Assembly: GCA_044892525.1 (NCBI GenBank)
Contig: CM097885.1
Location: 6,264,001-6,328,000, forward strand
Length of the DNA stretch: 64,000 nucleotides
Source: Schmidtea polychroa
Lineage: Eukaryota
Direction of reading: 5' to 3'
Notes under the pieces: generated by a model
What the model was told of the DNA's origin: nothing
What the model saw: the letters and a program-made list of their open reading frames with translations, nothing else
Databases searched by the model: none
In this document: piece by piece, positions 41,242 to 53,748 of the stretch
How positions within the stretch are numbered: the first letter of the stretch is position 1
How the letters are laid out: every line of letters begins with the position of its first letter
Translations under genes and position numbers: made by a program

Positions 41242-41642
41242 GTAATAGGACAATGGATCATAACAAATCGGTCATATTAATAATATATACTAATAATTTT
41301 ACATTAATTAAATATTAAATAAGTTAGGATAAAATGTCCAAAATGTTTATGTATGGGAAAGATAAGCTAATGCGCGTAAGTATTTTATCTCATTGGTTTA
41401 TTCGAAGGTTGCCATTGCTCTACCAACTATATCGCGGAGAATGCAATAACGCTTGAGCGCTGGTTATTTTAAGCCTGTGTACCTTGGAGAAACGACACTC
41501 TGTTTCACATTGTTAGGTGGCTGCACTAGAACAGCACCTGAAGATCATTGTGCCACCCTTCAACAGCATATGTAGTGGGCGCAATTATCCATTTTTTTAA
41601 TATAAGGGTATGGATATCTGTTTCGGCCGATTTCGTTTTTTG

Positions 41643-41705
41643 TCGCGTCTGTGTGCGCGTGGATGTTGGAATTGTTTTCGTGTTGGTATGCGCACACAGA
41701 CGCGA
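41643..41705 (+). promoter_or_regulatory. GC-rich dyad element, copy 2
   Basis: Perfect 16-bp arms tcgcgtctgtgtgcgc / gcgcacacagacgcga, followed by a candidate intron gtacgt(41713)...tttttag(41834) and the cofilin-like ATG at 41867. Regulatory role is inferred. Confidence 0.45.
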
Positions 41706-41866
41706 GGAATTGGTACGTTTTATTTTTTATTGTAATTAAAAAATTGATTATTGTTTGCTTGTAAAATTGTAGATTAGATTTTCTAGAAGTTGATTAAACA
41801 GTTGTTTTAGTGTTACAAGGATTTAAATTTTTAGAACAAATCAATTGATAAAGTTCCTTTGTTAAA

Positions 41867-42175
41867 ATGACTTCAGGTGTTAAATGTGACCCTTAAGTTG
41901 AAGAATATCTTAATTACATTAAATTACAACACAGATTTCAATATGTAATCTTTGGACTCAACAAAAAGAAGGATAGAATTATTCAATTAGAAACTGGGAA
42001 ATTAGGTACTCCTTATGAAAAATTCAGATTACACATGATGGGAACATATGTTAAAGAAGGTTGCTATGCATTATATGACTATCAAGGTACTTTGGCGTTT
42101 ATTTCATGGAAACTAGAAACAATGAAAATCAATAGTCGTATGATTATGGCTGCTTCAAAATCAAACATTGCAACC
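41867..42175 (+). pseudogene. Cofilin/ADF-family fragment (N-terminal ~100 aa, one stop at codon 10)
   Basis: MTSGVKCDP*VEEYLNYIKLQHRFQYVIFGL..YEKF..EGCYALYDY..LAFISW..TMKINSRMIMAASK fits the ADF-H pattern MxSGV..K....RY.IF..C.YA.YD..L.FISW.P....K.KM.YA.SK. Confidence 0.75.
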
Positions 42176-42415
42176 AACAGCCTTATTTCTGCATCAAGGA
42201 ATAAATCTAGGATTATTTAGGATGACTTTGAAAGTGATGCTGTTATGTCAAATGATGGTCAATTTTCATTGTCTGGATCATGGGACGGGACTTTAATGTT
42301 ATGGGATTTATCCAAATTTATCTTCTCGCCAAACATATATTGGCTATGTGCTGCAACTGGATCGTCTATCCAGATTTGGGAGTCGGAAAATAAAGTTTCG
42401 GTTGGAGACTTGAAA
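42176..42415 (+). pseudogene. RACK1: RACK1 fragments (end of WD1, WD2, WD6) collapsed together
   Basis: LISASRNKSRII* ~ [41 protein letters not shown] ~ [59 protein letters not shown] ~ [31 protein letters not shown]. Confidence 0.85.
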
Positions 42416-42457
42416 GCCTATTCTAATGAAATCTATTCAGTTCTAATTTTTCTTAAA

Positions 42458-42628
42458 ATGTCGTTAAATTGTTCTGTTTCCAACGAAATTCTTGAAGTTC
42501 CAGTTCTTAATAGATTATCAGGACATGTTTCTGAAAAAAGGTTAATCGAAAAACATTCGATGACAAGTGATCTAGATCCTATTATTGGAATACAGTTTTC
42601 TGTAGATGATTTGATTGAAATTAAAGTT
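42458..42628 (+). pseudogene. PRPF19: Prp19 N-terminal U-box fragment
   Basis: MSLNCSVSNEILEVPVLNRLSGHVSEKRLIEKH...DPI...FSVDDLIEIKV ~ Prp19 [33 protein letters not shown]...DPI...LSEEQLIDIKV. Confidence 0.85.
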
Positions 42629-42795
42629 CCAATGCATTTTCTTTCTTGTATTCACTCGATTCAAACTGTATTTTAAACGAAAATCAATAAATCATTAACA
42701 AAAGTAAAACTTATCCATAAACATTGATGGGAATGTCAACACAAATGAAATTTAGAGAATACACTCAAATTCTGTATATATCGCGCAGTCAAAAA

Positions 42796-43250
<455 letters not shown>

Positions 43251-45319
43251 AATGAAGATCTGTTTAGACTTGTCACATATAGCTACAGTGGGAGGATAAA
43301 TTTCTATACTGGCCTTCATTTGAGTCGACTATCGAATATCGAAAATTTATGTGGTGCGTCCAATAAGTAGTGAGACTCGTATAGAAATAAATAAATGAAC
43401 GCAAATATCTTTCGTATTTACAATAAGCAATTCATGTAAAGTTTATTTCTAAACTAATTTCCAGTTATATTGACACATTTTCCTCAGAGTGTAATCAAGA
43501 TCTTGAAGCCAATTTTGATGCTTAAAAGGGCTTTTAATTGATTCTGGTCTAAAAATTGGATGCCAATTGAAAAGGAATCAGTGGTGAAAATCGAATGAAC
43601 TTCTTATAATCTTCAGGGACAGTCCTGTAAATTCCTGATAGAAAATATTTTCTTTAATTTGTTGAAAAATATTTAATAAATTCAATTATAATTAATATAA
43701 TTAAAAGAGAAAATAGTGAAAAAAATAACTAAATTTAATAATTTTTACTAAATAAATAAATACAGTTTATTTGATTTTAGTTTTTAGTTTATTATAAACT
43801 TCAAACATCCTTTTGAAATGGAAAGTTATCCAGGAAATAATCAATCTGCTGTGTATCAATTTATTGGAGGGGGGGGGGGGTGTTGAGAAATGAAGTGAAA
43901 ACCAATAATTACAATTTAGCGACTTTTTTTCAAAATTTAAAAATATGTTTAATCATTACGTAATCTTTTGATCCAGAATGATTATGTAACTAAACACTGA
44001 GTGTTTGCAATTCCAGAAACCAATTAGAGCTACAAAAAAGGTATTTGGAAAAGAAGCTTTAAAAAATTAAAAGTTTCTGGTTGATCAAGACCAACGAATC
44101 AGCCGTCCAATGTTTGTTATCAGTTCAATCTGTAAATTCTAACATTTGCCTAGCCTCCACTGTCATGGAACCAATATCCGCCAGTGACTTCCGGAAAATC
44201 TCTTTACCAAAAGAAAACTTTATTAGCCTTATGCAAACCTTCAGGCCAGATAATGGAACATTTGGAAAATCCAAATTTTAATCAACTCTAAAATGAGAAA
44301 ATTCATAACCTTTTCAGTAAAATCCTTTATTTAAAACCCTTGAAAAGGCAGTGCTAAAGATTTGTGTTATACTGTTGGAATAATTGGATCGATAATCGTA
44401 ATAAAAATAAATGAAAATTTCCAATAAATATTTTAATAAAAAATGAAATAAATATGACTGTCACGTTCAATAACAAATAATATTGTTGCGGTATGATCCT
44501 GGTGTGGGGAGTCTCCATAAAACCGAACACCAACGACATCAATCACTTTCTGACGGTCTCTTCTCAGAGATAATAATAATTATTATTATTAAATCTTGTT
44601 TTTTCATAGTAGAAATTTTACTCAACCCAGTTTCTCTGAGATTTTCGTATTCTTTTTCGTCCAGTTGGCAGTAAACTGCTGTTTGTTCACTATTTTCAAT
44701 CCCAATTTAACAGCGATTCCCTTGTTTTCCAGTTTGGCAAAATGAGGTCAAAGAAATCTTAACGGGAATAACAGATTTCGGTAAACAAATCTGTAGGGAT
44801 TCTAATGAGCAAAACTTGGGCGACTGTAACTGGGGAGGGTCATCCAAGCTGCGGTTAATTAGGAAATGGCCAACTAGGCGGCAGAAATGTTAAAATGTTT
44901 GTAAAAGTAACCAAAATGTAAAAGTAACATCTCAATTAATTTTAAAACCACAAACTAAATTAAAAATTGATGTAACTTGGAGGAAACAGGAATGTATGGA
45001 TGGCAAATAATGAGACAAATACAAATACAATCAAATCAAATCAATGGAAGTCCCTAGAAAAAGATATTCAAAAAATACAAATTAATTAAAAATAAATAAA
45101 TAATTTAGTTGCTATTTGAGAAACCCGAGCGAAAAATGAGAAAATAATGACATTAACCGTTTCTCCAAAATCATTAAAAAGGTTAAGTTTCGCAAAATGA
45201 AATTAGCTGTGGATTGAAAGTGTGGTTAACAATATTGTAAGGAAACAATATTGTTTGGAAATTTAAACTATAGGATAGTGTCAACTTCATGGAAAGTACG
45301 CAATATGTTTATTAATAAG

Positions 45320-45900
45320 TCTAAAACTCCGGTTGGACTGTGTTCCGATCTCGTTTATCAGTTTACATGTAATGGGTGTAATGCCACATACATTGGAGAG
45401 ACTTCCCTTCATCTCGGTATTTGAGCTCTAAAACATTATAGACCGAGGGCTTTTACCCATATTAGTGAGCACAATAAGGGCTGTAAGAGTAAAATAGGAA
45501 TGTCTGATTTTAAAATTTTATTAAAAAATTTCGATAATTATTGGGAACGTGTGATTTGTGAGGCGTTGTTGATAAAGTCATTGAAGCCAAAAATTAATGT
45601 GCAAAATGCAGTGAATACTTGTATTTTAAATGTTTTTAAATAATTATTTAAAAATTGATTGTTGTGTTAAATTAAATAATTAATAAAATTTTTTAAATTA
45701 TTTAATTAAATTTTGAATGTTTAAAATTTAATTATGATTTTTAAAAATAATTAAATGTTTTTATTAAAAAAGTTTTTATATAATTAATAAATTTGTTTAA
45801 AATCCTTAACTTACATAGTTATTATATCCCACCTGATGATGACAGGAAAACTGTCGAAATATATGTGAAAAGAATGTTTGATTGGCGTTATCTTATAATA
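45320..45900 (+). mobile_element. Penelope-like element 3' end, family A (GIY-YIG plus pLTR)
   Basis: LCSDLVYQFTCNGCNATYIGETS..HISEHNKGC..WERVICEALLIKSLKPKINVQ. Reverse-complement homologue of the 16825-17460 copy, including the 3' non-coding tail. Confidence 0.85.
45826..45870 (+). ncRNA. Minimal hammerhead ribozyme motif in the Penelope pLTR (AUAUAU class)
   Basis: cccac CTGATGA t gacag gaaaa ctgtc GAAA tatat gtg: both core boxes intact, 5-bp stem II, palindromic AUAUAU. The cleavage-site nucleotide is unclear and may be lost. Confidence 0.7.
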
Positions 45901-47479
45901 TTGTAAAAATTAGATTTAGTTTCAATAAATTATTCTTCATTAGGTTTTATTAAATCAATTGAGACAAAGAGCAAAAGGAGTCAGAATCAGTGCCGACTTT
46001 TAATAAATACTAACCCAACATAATTATTAAATGTAAATAATTAAAACAAATGTCAAATTTTGTTAACCGTAAAATACTAGATGTCAGTCTTAATAATAAA
46101 ATAAATTTGATAATAATGATAAATTTCACTAGACAAAATATAATTATTTTTCCTAGAAATCTCAAAAGTTTTCCCGATAATTTTTCGCGACAAATACAAT
46201 TCGGAAAATGAATATCAAAATTGATTGTCCATAAATCTTTTTGAACAAAAACCATTTACAAATTTAAACTTCACGCTCGAATGGAGCTCTATTTCGAGTT
46301 TTCCAGTTGAATTTAATTACAATTTAATTTAGTCAACAAAACAATTAATGGAAAAATTATTTTGTAATTATTTTTAGCTATGAAAAAAAAATTCCACTTT
46401 GAAAATTGTTTTATTCTTCTGTTGAGTGCTATCGGAAGTTGTTATTACCAATCTAAATTAAGAAGCAGAATTATTTCTGAAAAGAAATCAGCCTTTTACT
46501 GTGATTGGCTGTCGCTCTTTTTGCAAACGCAAAACCTTTTAATGGCACAATTTAATGAACATATCAAAAACTTAACCCGGAAATACTTGAACATAAGAAC
46601 TTCACCTTTAATCAGAATAAAATTAAAGGTTTTTCCACTTTATATGATAATTGGTGTTTATAAGCCATTAAATTCATAGAGACTAAAATTAGCCATTTTG
46701 GACATTTCTACTTTGTTAAAATATGACGCACCATTTTGTCCGCCATGTTGACCCTTCCGTTAGGATTGGTATAATGCTGTGGTTACACGATACCGGCTCG
46801 TGTTACACGATTACGCTTCCAGTGTTCCGCGAAAAAATCCAAGAATTCAACTGTATTTTATTAAATAAATAAATAAATATTAATTATAAATTAAAATTAT
46901 TTTGACTCGAAAAAAAAATTATTGATTTTTATTAGCATTTGATATAAAATAAAGTAATTAAAATTGATTTTTATTCATCGTTCTAAAATCACAGACCAAT
47001 AAATAAAATATTTTTTCTCATCCCAAAATATTTTTAGGAATGAGTTTGTGGGATAAAATAAAAAAATACAATAATAATAAATTTTATTTCGATTTTGTTG
47101 TGGAATATCACAGAGTCTTTGAAATGAAATCAATAATAAATAAATTATTAAATTTTTATTATTATCTAATTAATTTTTATTTAATTAATGTAAAATCCAA
47201 TAAAATCAACAAGGAAAATTTTGTCTACTACATAAATTCATCTCAATCAGGATTCCCGGGTCTCCTAAGATGCCTTAGAGGTCTTAATATGGAGCCGCAA
47301 AATATTTCTGTAGATTTAAATTTAAATTAATTTTTATAAAAATGCATTTTTGTTGAGGATTAAATTAAATGTAAAAATTAAATGCAAAACATTAATTAAA
47401 TTAAATTTGACAAATAAAATTAAAAGAAATCAATTTATTAGAGGTAGAGTTTGCTGGTAATTAAGTAAACTCGACTCAC

Positions 47480-47715
47480 TACTAAGAATCATTTTGAAGA
47501 AATTTTCAAAAATTTCAAAGCGGAAGCCCTAGGTGGGCTCGATAACTCATACTGATTTTGAAACGTGATTTTATCCACCTTCTCAAAGAGATTCAAAAAG
47601 AATTTCTTCAGTAAAGATGAAGTTCATAAAATTCGCTACCATTTGACTCCATATCATCCTCTGTTTAGTGATAAGGTTGAGAGTTTCCACCGAACAAGCT
47701 TAAAGTCGTCTATAT
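47480..47715 (+). mobile_element. Gypsy-like LTR-retrotransposon integrase core scrap
   Basis: ..IRYHLTPYHPLFSDKVESFHRTSLK ~ integrase TPYHPQSNG.VERFHRTLK. Confidence 0.5.
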
Positions 47716-47796
47716 TTGAGATGAATGTAGGAAGGGACTAAGTTGCCAATAAATTAATATCAAATATTAAACTTGGTTTTAAATCATTATTTATAA

Positions 47797-48830
47797 CAGG
47801 GCTGTCCAACCTCGGGAAACCAGAGGGCCGCAATGCAAAAAAAAACTATTCGGGGGCCGCACACAATGCAAAGAATTTGTATCTAAAATAAATGGCTAAG
47901 GATAGCAAAACGCCTGCCTGTACGGAAAATTTTGGACTCAACACCTTCAGTTGTTACTAATGTATACTCTGGCGCTTGTTTTGAATTCATTGGATATTTC
48001 TGTCTGCACGGCCTGTCTTAGGACCGCACACCAAAATTAAAAAATAATATTATGTTAATAATTAATTGTACTAATGTTTAAGAAATATTATATGGTAAAT
48101 ATTTGATATTAGATATAGATATTGTCAAGAAATGAAAAATGTTATATTTCAATGAGAAATTTTCGGTAGCTTTGCATCGTTTACCAGTGTATCGATATCA
48201 ATTTCAATGTTTGTTGGCGACCCATTCATTTTCGCAAAACATTCAAATAATAATATATGTGTTGTTATAATAATACAAATAAAATGTGCAATGAAGACAC
48301 AGCATATATATATATATATATAAATTGGGTAGAGGGTTTACATATTACTTCTCGATGATCATAAACATATACAACCTGCCGCGATTTATGAGTTGTACAT
48401 TATGTGGGCCATATACCAACTTATAAGCGGGTAGTAATTTGTGTCGTAAATATTTGGCCGAACAGTGTTTACTTATTTAGTAATATCGAGTAAATAAACA
48501 GAATAAAGAATGGTAAAAAAATTGTCCGCTAAGTATAGATTGAAGAAAAGTTTACAATCCGCGGCAATAACGCATTTTACATCTTTTTTTTACTGATGTC
48601 CTTCCGTATAACTTCACGACCAGTAGAGTTCGTTCGCAAAGAGAGACGCGAACGCCACATGAAGTCTTCATTTGGAAGAAAAAAGTTTCATAACATTGTA
48701 TTATATTTTAATATTAATATAAGTTTTTCGTAGCAATAAAAGTATTTACGTAAATAAGATGGTATCAAATTATAGAGAAGTTCGCGGGCCACACAAAATT
48801 ACTTCGCGGGCCGCGGTTTGGACAGGTCTG
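47797..48830. mobile_element. hAT (Charlie-like) non-autonomous element
   Basis: TIRs cagggctgtccaa / ttggacaggtctg; perfect 8-bp TSD atttataa; repeated gggccgc subterminal motifs. Confidence 0.85.
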
Positions 48831-48862
48831 ATTTATAAAATAAAATTTTTACAAAGTCTACA

Positions 48863-48952
48863 CAAGTTATGTGATACCCAGTGCAGGTAGCAATAGTAGA
48901 CTAGTTTCGAGCCTTTTGTTCTCACCAGTACTATGCAGGAGACGCGAAGATT
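48863..48952 (-). ncRNA. Short hammerhead-ribozyme element, copy C
   Basis: Minus strand: aatcttcgcgtctcctgc atagta CTGGTGA gaac aaaag gctc GAAAC ta GTC tactat tg...tgcactgggtatcac (A6>G change). Confidence 0.8.
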
Positions 48953-49352
48953 TAAATATTAAATATGCACGATTTCCAAGATTGCTACAATCATCACAAA
49001 AGAGGACATTTGAGAGATTGAGAGAGGGATTATTTCATGAAATTAAGTTGATTTATTGTAAGCAGTCTCTAGTGATGGTTGATCAAAGATCACTGTATAT
49101 AAAGGTTACTAACTTACTTCCGGTTGCCAGTTTTTTTGTTCAAAAGCAAGACAAAGTCAAGAAAATATGTTATACTTGAGAATTCCCTAGCAATATCAAA
49201 TTTGAAACATTTAATTATTGTTTTGTAGAAATGGTAGCTTTTTAAAGTTATAATAAATTCAAGTTGTGCAAAATATTTTTGTAGAAATAAAATATTTAAT
49301 TTGTTGAGTCTCAATTATCTTTGGAGAAGTTTATTACAAGTCTATCAATTAA

Positions 49353-49867
49353 CCCTTTGAACCCTGAGGCGCTCATTGTACAAGTACGCTAACCCTGAGT
49401 TCCTGAGTAATTTATACTAAGAAAATATTAATTTATCTCCAGAATTCAATTTTCTTGAAATACCGAATAAGAAAGATGATGATCACAAAGTCAAAGAATA
49501 CTCCCACTGTTCATCAGAGCTTAATTGAATTACCTCAAATTGCCATTCATAGCACTGTGTCACAAATCGATAGTTGGATTCAGAAGAACTGCCTTGAATT
49601 CATATCCACGTATGACTAACTCGGATCAGGAGTGGAGAGAACTGATCGTAACTTAATAAAAATAGTTTGGACCAACATCGCCAAATTCATAAAGGACCTT
49701 CAATGATCTTCAAACATAAAAATACATATTAAATATTATTTCATTCACGAGCCGGTATTCTGGGTCGGAGTGGAATGAGGATATATATGTTAATGCAGGT
49801 AATCTCGCTATTAGGGTATATGCGTCGCTAAGTCAGGCTGGTTTACCGGCATATAGGGTTCAAAGAG
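49353..49867. mobile_element. piggyBac-like MITE
   Basis: ttaa|ccctttgaaccct ... agggttcaaagag|ttac: CCC-type TIR (12/13 match) with TTAA-like flanks. Confidence 0.65.
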
Positions 49868-50915
49868 TTACTAAAAGAATATTTTATAATTACTTTTGAT
49901 TAAAATCTTTGAGCATGTCCTCAATGATGGGAGAGTGAAAGGGTTTCGACATATATTCAGTGCGATCATTCCATTATATATTTCAATTACTTACATCGTT
50001 TTCATTTCTGGGTTCTACTTATAACTTGTTATTACTTCGCATTAAAAGGAAGTTCTTGGATATCCTGATTTAGAAAGACCTAGTGTTACATTTTAATGTT
50101 TTGGTAGTCAAAGGCATAATAATTGATTTTGTTAAATTGGCATAAAAGTATATTGAGACCCCAATGTACAAAAAGGATTATAAAATATTTAGAAGTGAAT
50201 TTTTGAGTGGATTCATATAAACATAGGGCAGCTTACCAGGAGGAGAATACAAAATCAGAATCAAAATAAAACCACTATTAATCTTTTCTAAATAATTTCT
50301 GGGCCAGAATTCTTTCAAAACTAAACGAATGTTTTTCCAAACTAGTCCGTGAAAATGAGAATCTAGTTTTAATTGCAGTTTTAAACGATATAATATTTAT
50401 ACCCTTCTCTCTATGTAAAGAAGTGCATCATTTCCAGTGCAAATCAAAGTGATAATAAAAAGATGCCTAGTGCAAAATGTCCAAAGGTTTCTTATAAAAG
50501 CTACATGTGAAAGGTTTTACACACAATTTCAAAGAGATTCTATTAAGCTATCTTACTGCCTCAAAGATTTTACGCCTTTGGCTTTAATAATTTCAATTCA
50601 ATGATCTGTGATCTATCTACAAATCTCCATTTCCAATTCTTTGGGACTACCACATCAATGTGTTAGGTTCTGATCTGGTGGATAGATTCTTCCTAAAACA
50701 GACTATATCTAACTCTAAAGATATATGACACGCATTGATATGCATTTACTTTGACCATCATCGTTAAATTTTACTAAGTTTATCGTTGCTTTTATACACT
50801 GTTATGGCATTAATCACCTCAATTATGGGAGTTGTTTCAATATTTTGCCTCTTTTCAAAAATATTTTTAAATCAATAGACAAAGTATTTACTATTTTATA
50901 ATAAATTAAACAAGC

Positions 50916-51098
50916 CGTAGCAGGACAAAGTGACAGTGGACAAAGTGTCACGGACAAAATGTCGTGGTCAGAATGTCGTTCTCAAAATTTGACACTTGAA
51001 TAAAAAAATAATAGATTTTACTATTGTTTATATATGCATTTTTTACTATTTGTTTTTTCAATGTTGACATTTTGACCACGACATTTTGTCCTAGAACC
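50916..51098. mobile_element. Small MITE with repeated ggacaaaatgtc subterminal motifs
   Basis: ggacaaaatgtcgtggtca is mirrored by tgaccacgacattttgtcc; 8-bp direct flank aaacaagc on both sides. Confidence 0.7.
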
Positions 51099-53397
51099 AA
51101 ACAAGCTGCTATTGTGTTTTTAAAATTTGGTGATTTTATTTTCCACTAGAAATGATTAAAGAGTCAATAAGATTTTAAATAATTAATTAATTAGTATGTA
51201 TTTTTGTAATTACATCTATTGGAAACTCTTCATTGATTATTAAATTCATTTTCGATTTTTAATTTGTTACCTACTTCCATACTTTCTTGAAAAATACATT
51301 AACAATGTTGCAAAAGACTATGAAATTGTTACCAATGCTATGTATAGTGAGTTTCTTGCTATTAGTGAAAAGTTCTGCGAACTAATATACGAACTAAAAC
51401 GTCCAGTAATAATATTTTTCAATAAACAAAAAATTTTGTCCAAATATTTAGTGTTTTTATTTACCTGATTTTTATTTATATTTCACTTTTAATTAATTTT
51501 GTATTTTCTTACATGTTTTAGCAAGTAGGGTAATGAAATTGACTCCTCTATCATGTTTTCATTTAATATTTGTTGATGATAATGTAAAGAAATTTCAATT
51601 AAAATAAAAAAAGTATTTGATCAGAGGTAATTGTATTATCCTCCTTAGTAATAAAAGGGTTATTACCCTGTTTCAAAAAGTTTGTTATAACTTGAATTTA
51701 TTGAGTGTAAAAGTATTCGAGTTAAAAAACGCCCTTTTTGTTAAAAAATGAATTGAAAGCTTAAGTTGCATTGTAAATAAAAATACAAAATAATTACAGA
51801 GAAAAAACTTGAAAACCTTATTCAAAATATTTATTTTAGAAAAATTTCTCTACAAAAAATTATTTGCACATCGTCGTGTGTAATTTTGAAATTTTTCAAA
51901 TAATTGAGTCCCTGCTTTTTGTGTGCCGGTGATGATTTCTTTTTTATTAACAAATTTTTTGTGTGTAAAATAGAAAATTTAGCAAAGAAAATAGTTACAA
52001 GTTTCGCTAATTGTAAATAAAAGAAAAGTTGAAGAATACGGTTATGTCAATAAAATTTTAAGAGTTAATAAAAATAACAATTCGGTAACATTTGAATTAG
52101 TTTCATATTTCCCAAACTCATGAAATGTTGAATCCTTTCATGTTTCAATAAACAATGACTACAAAGCGGCTAACAGAAAAAGGTAAAAAAAACAAAATTT
52201 ACAAAAGTTTAAAATTTCATGTCGCTTACTAAACAGAATGGTAAACAAGGCCATAGCTAATACAAATTGGTTTTTACATGTTTGAGGAGTATTTATTTTA
52301 TAAATTAATTTTTTAAATCAACGTTCCCTGTGTCATATTTCAATGTTATTCAGTCGAAGTCTAGCATTTTAAGCAAATTTTTTCATGATATTTTAGTAGA
52401 ATTTTTTGAAATACTGATAATAAAATTATTTACACCTAGACGTATCTGGGAAGCATGGCTAGTTACACGCGAAAACTGTATTTCAAAGATATCCATCAAC
52501 AATAGCAACCAAAAAATACTCAACTCAAATTTTGTCCCCAATCGGTTTTATGTGTCCCTAATTTTTGTAATGTAAATTCTTAAATAAAAATAATTGTAAC
52601 ATTTTATTTTTTACTTGCTTTTATGAAATCTATTCTGGCAAAATTTACAGTTTGAAAAATTTGGTTAAAAATATTTTAGGTAAACAAATAAAAAAAGATG
52701 AAAGAAAGGAAGCAAAATAAGTAGTCAAATTAAGAAAATAAAAAGCTAAATGAATATTTTCTTAGGTTTTAATTCGGATGCTGACATTTTTAGAAATATT
52801 TGTACGGAACTTTAATTTTACAATTTCCAGTATAATTTGCAACTTCTTAAAATCTATAGGCTCTTTTTTTGAAATATTAGTACATGTATCATCATTTTTT
52901 CATTACTATTTTCTGAAACAATAATGAACATTTTTGGAAAGACTAAATAAGTCACTAAATTTAAAATTTTAATCTTGAAAAAAATTAATTTCCCAAATTT
53001 CAAATACTCATGTAAACTAACTAAACGGATAAAATAAAAAGCATTAAAGGAAAATTCAAAACTTGTTTAACCTCGAAATACTTTTTATAATTTTACACTG
53101 CATTTTACGTTTAATAATGTAACTTGAAATATATTAACTTAATATTAAAATATTAAATTATTATGTGGCTTTTAATCTATATAAAAAATTGCTTGAAATA
53201 AAATCATTATTGAAATTCTTAATGAATTGTATTTTAGATATTTTAAAATTTCGTTTTTTTTTGTTATATAATATATTAAAAAATACAGAAATTGACTATA
53301 AAAAGGTTTGTTTAAATAAATTATATTAATAACAATTTTTAAGTAATTTATATATATTTTAAAATTGGTTTATCGGAAATTTAAATTTTAATTCAAA

Positions 53398-53748
53398 ATG
53401 GACATTTACAATGGATCCTCTGAACCAAATAACTCAAAATACTTACAAATCGATAAAAATTTAATAAATGACCCACTTCAATCTTCTGATTGGGCATCCA
53501 AAAAGTTGATTTGGATACCAGATGACTTAAATGGATATGCAATTGCTCAAATTTTTAAAGAAAGTGTTGAAGAATGCATTGTTCAGATACCAGAAACTGG
53601 AAAACAAAAAGTGATTTTAAAAGATCTTATTCAAAAAATGAATCCGCCAAAATTTTCAAAATCAGAAGACATGGCGAATTTGACTTACCTCAACGAAGCG
53701 TCTGTATTAAGCAATATCAAAGAAAGATATTTCAGTGGATTAATTTAT
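53398..53748 (+). CDS. Myosin II heavy chain coding exon 1
   Basis: ATG to ..FSGLIY|gtaagt. Confidence 0.92.

Noticed and set aside
49912..49968. Possible hammerhead remnant (ctcaatga..ttcgacatatat)
   Set aside because: Both core boxes are mutated and there is no stem II.
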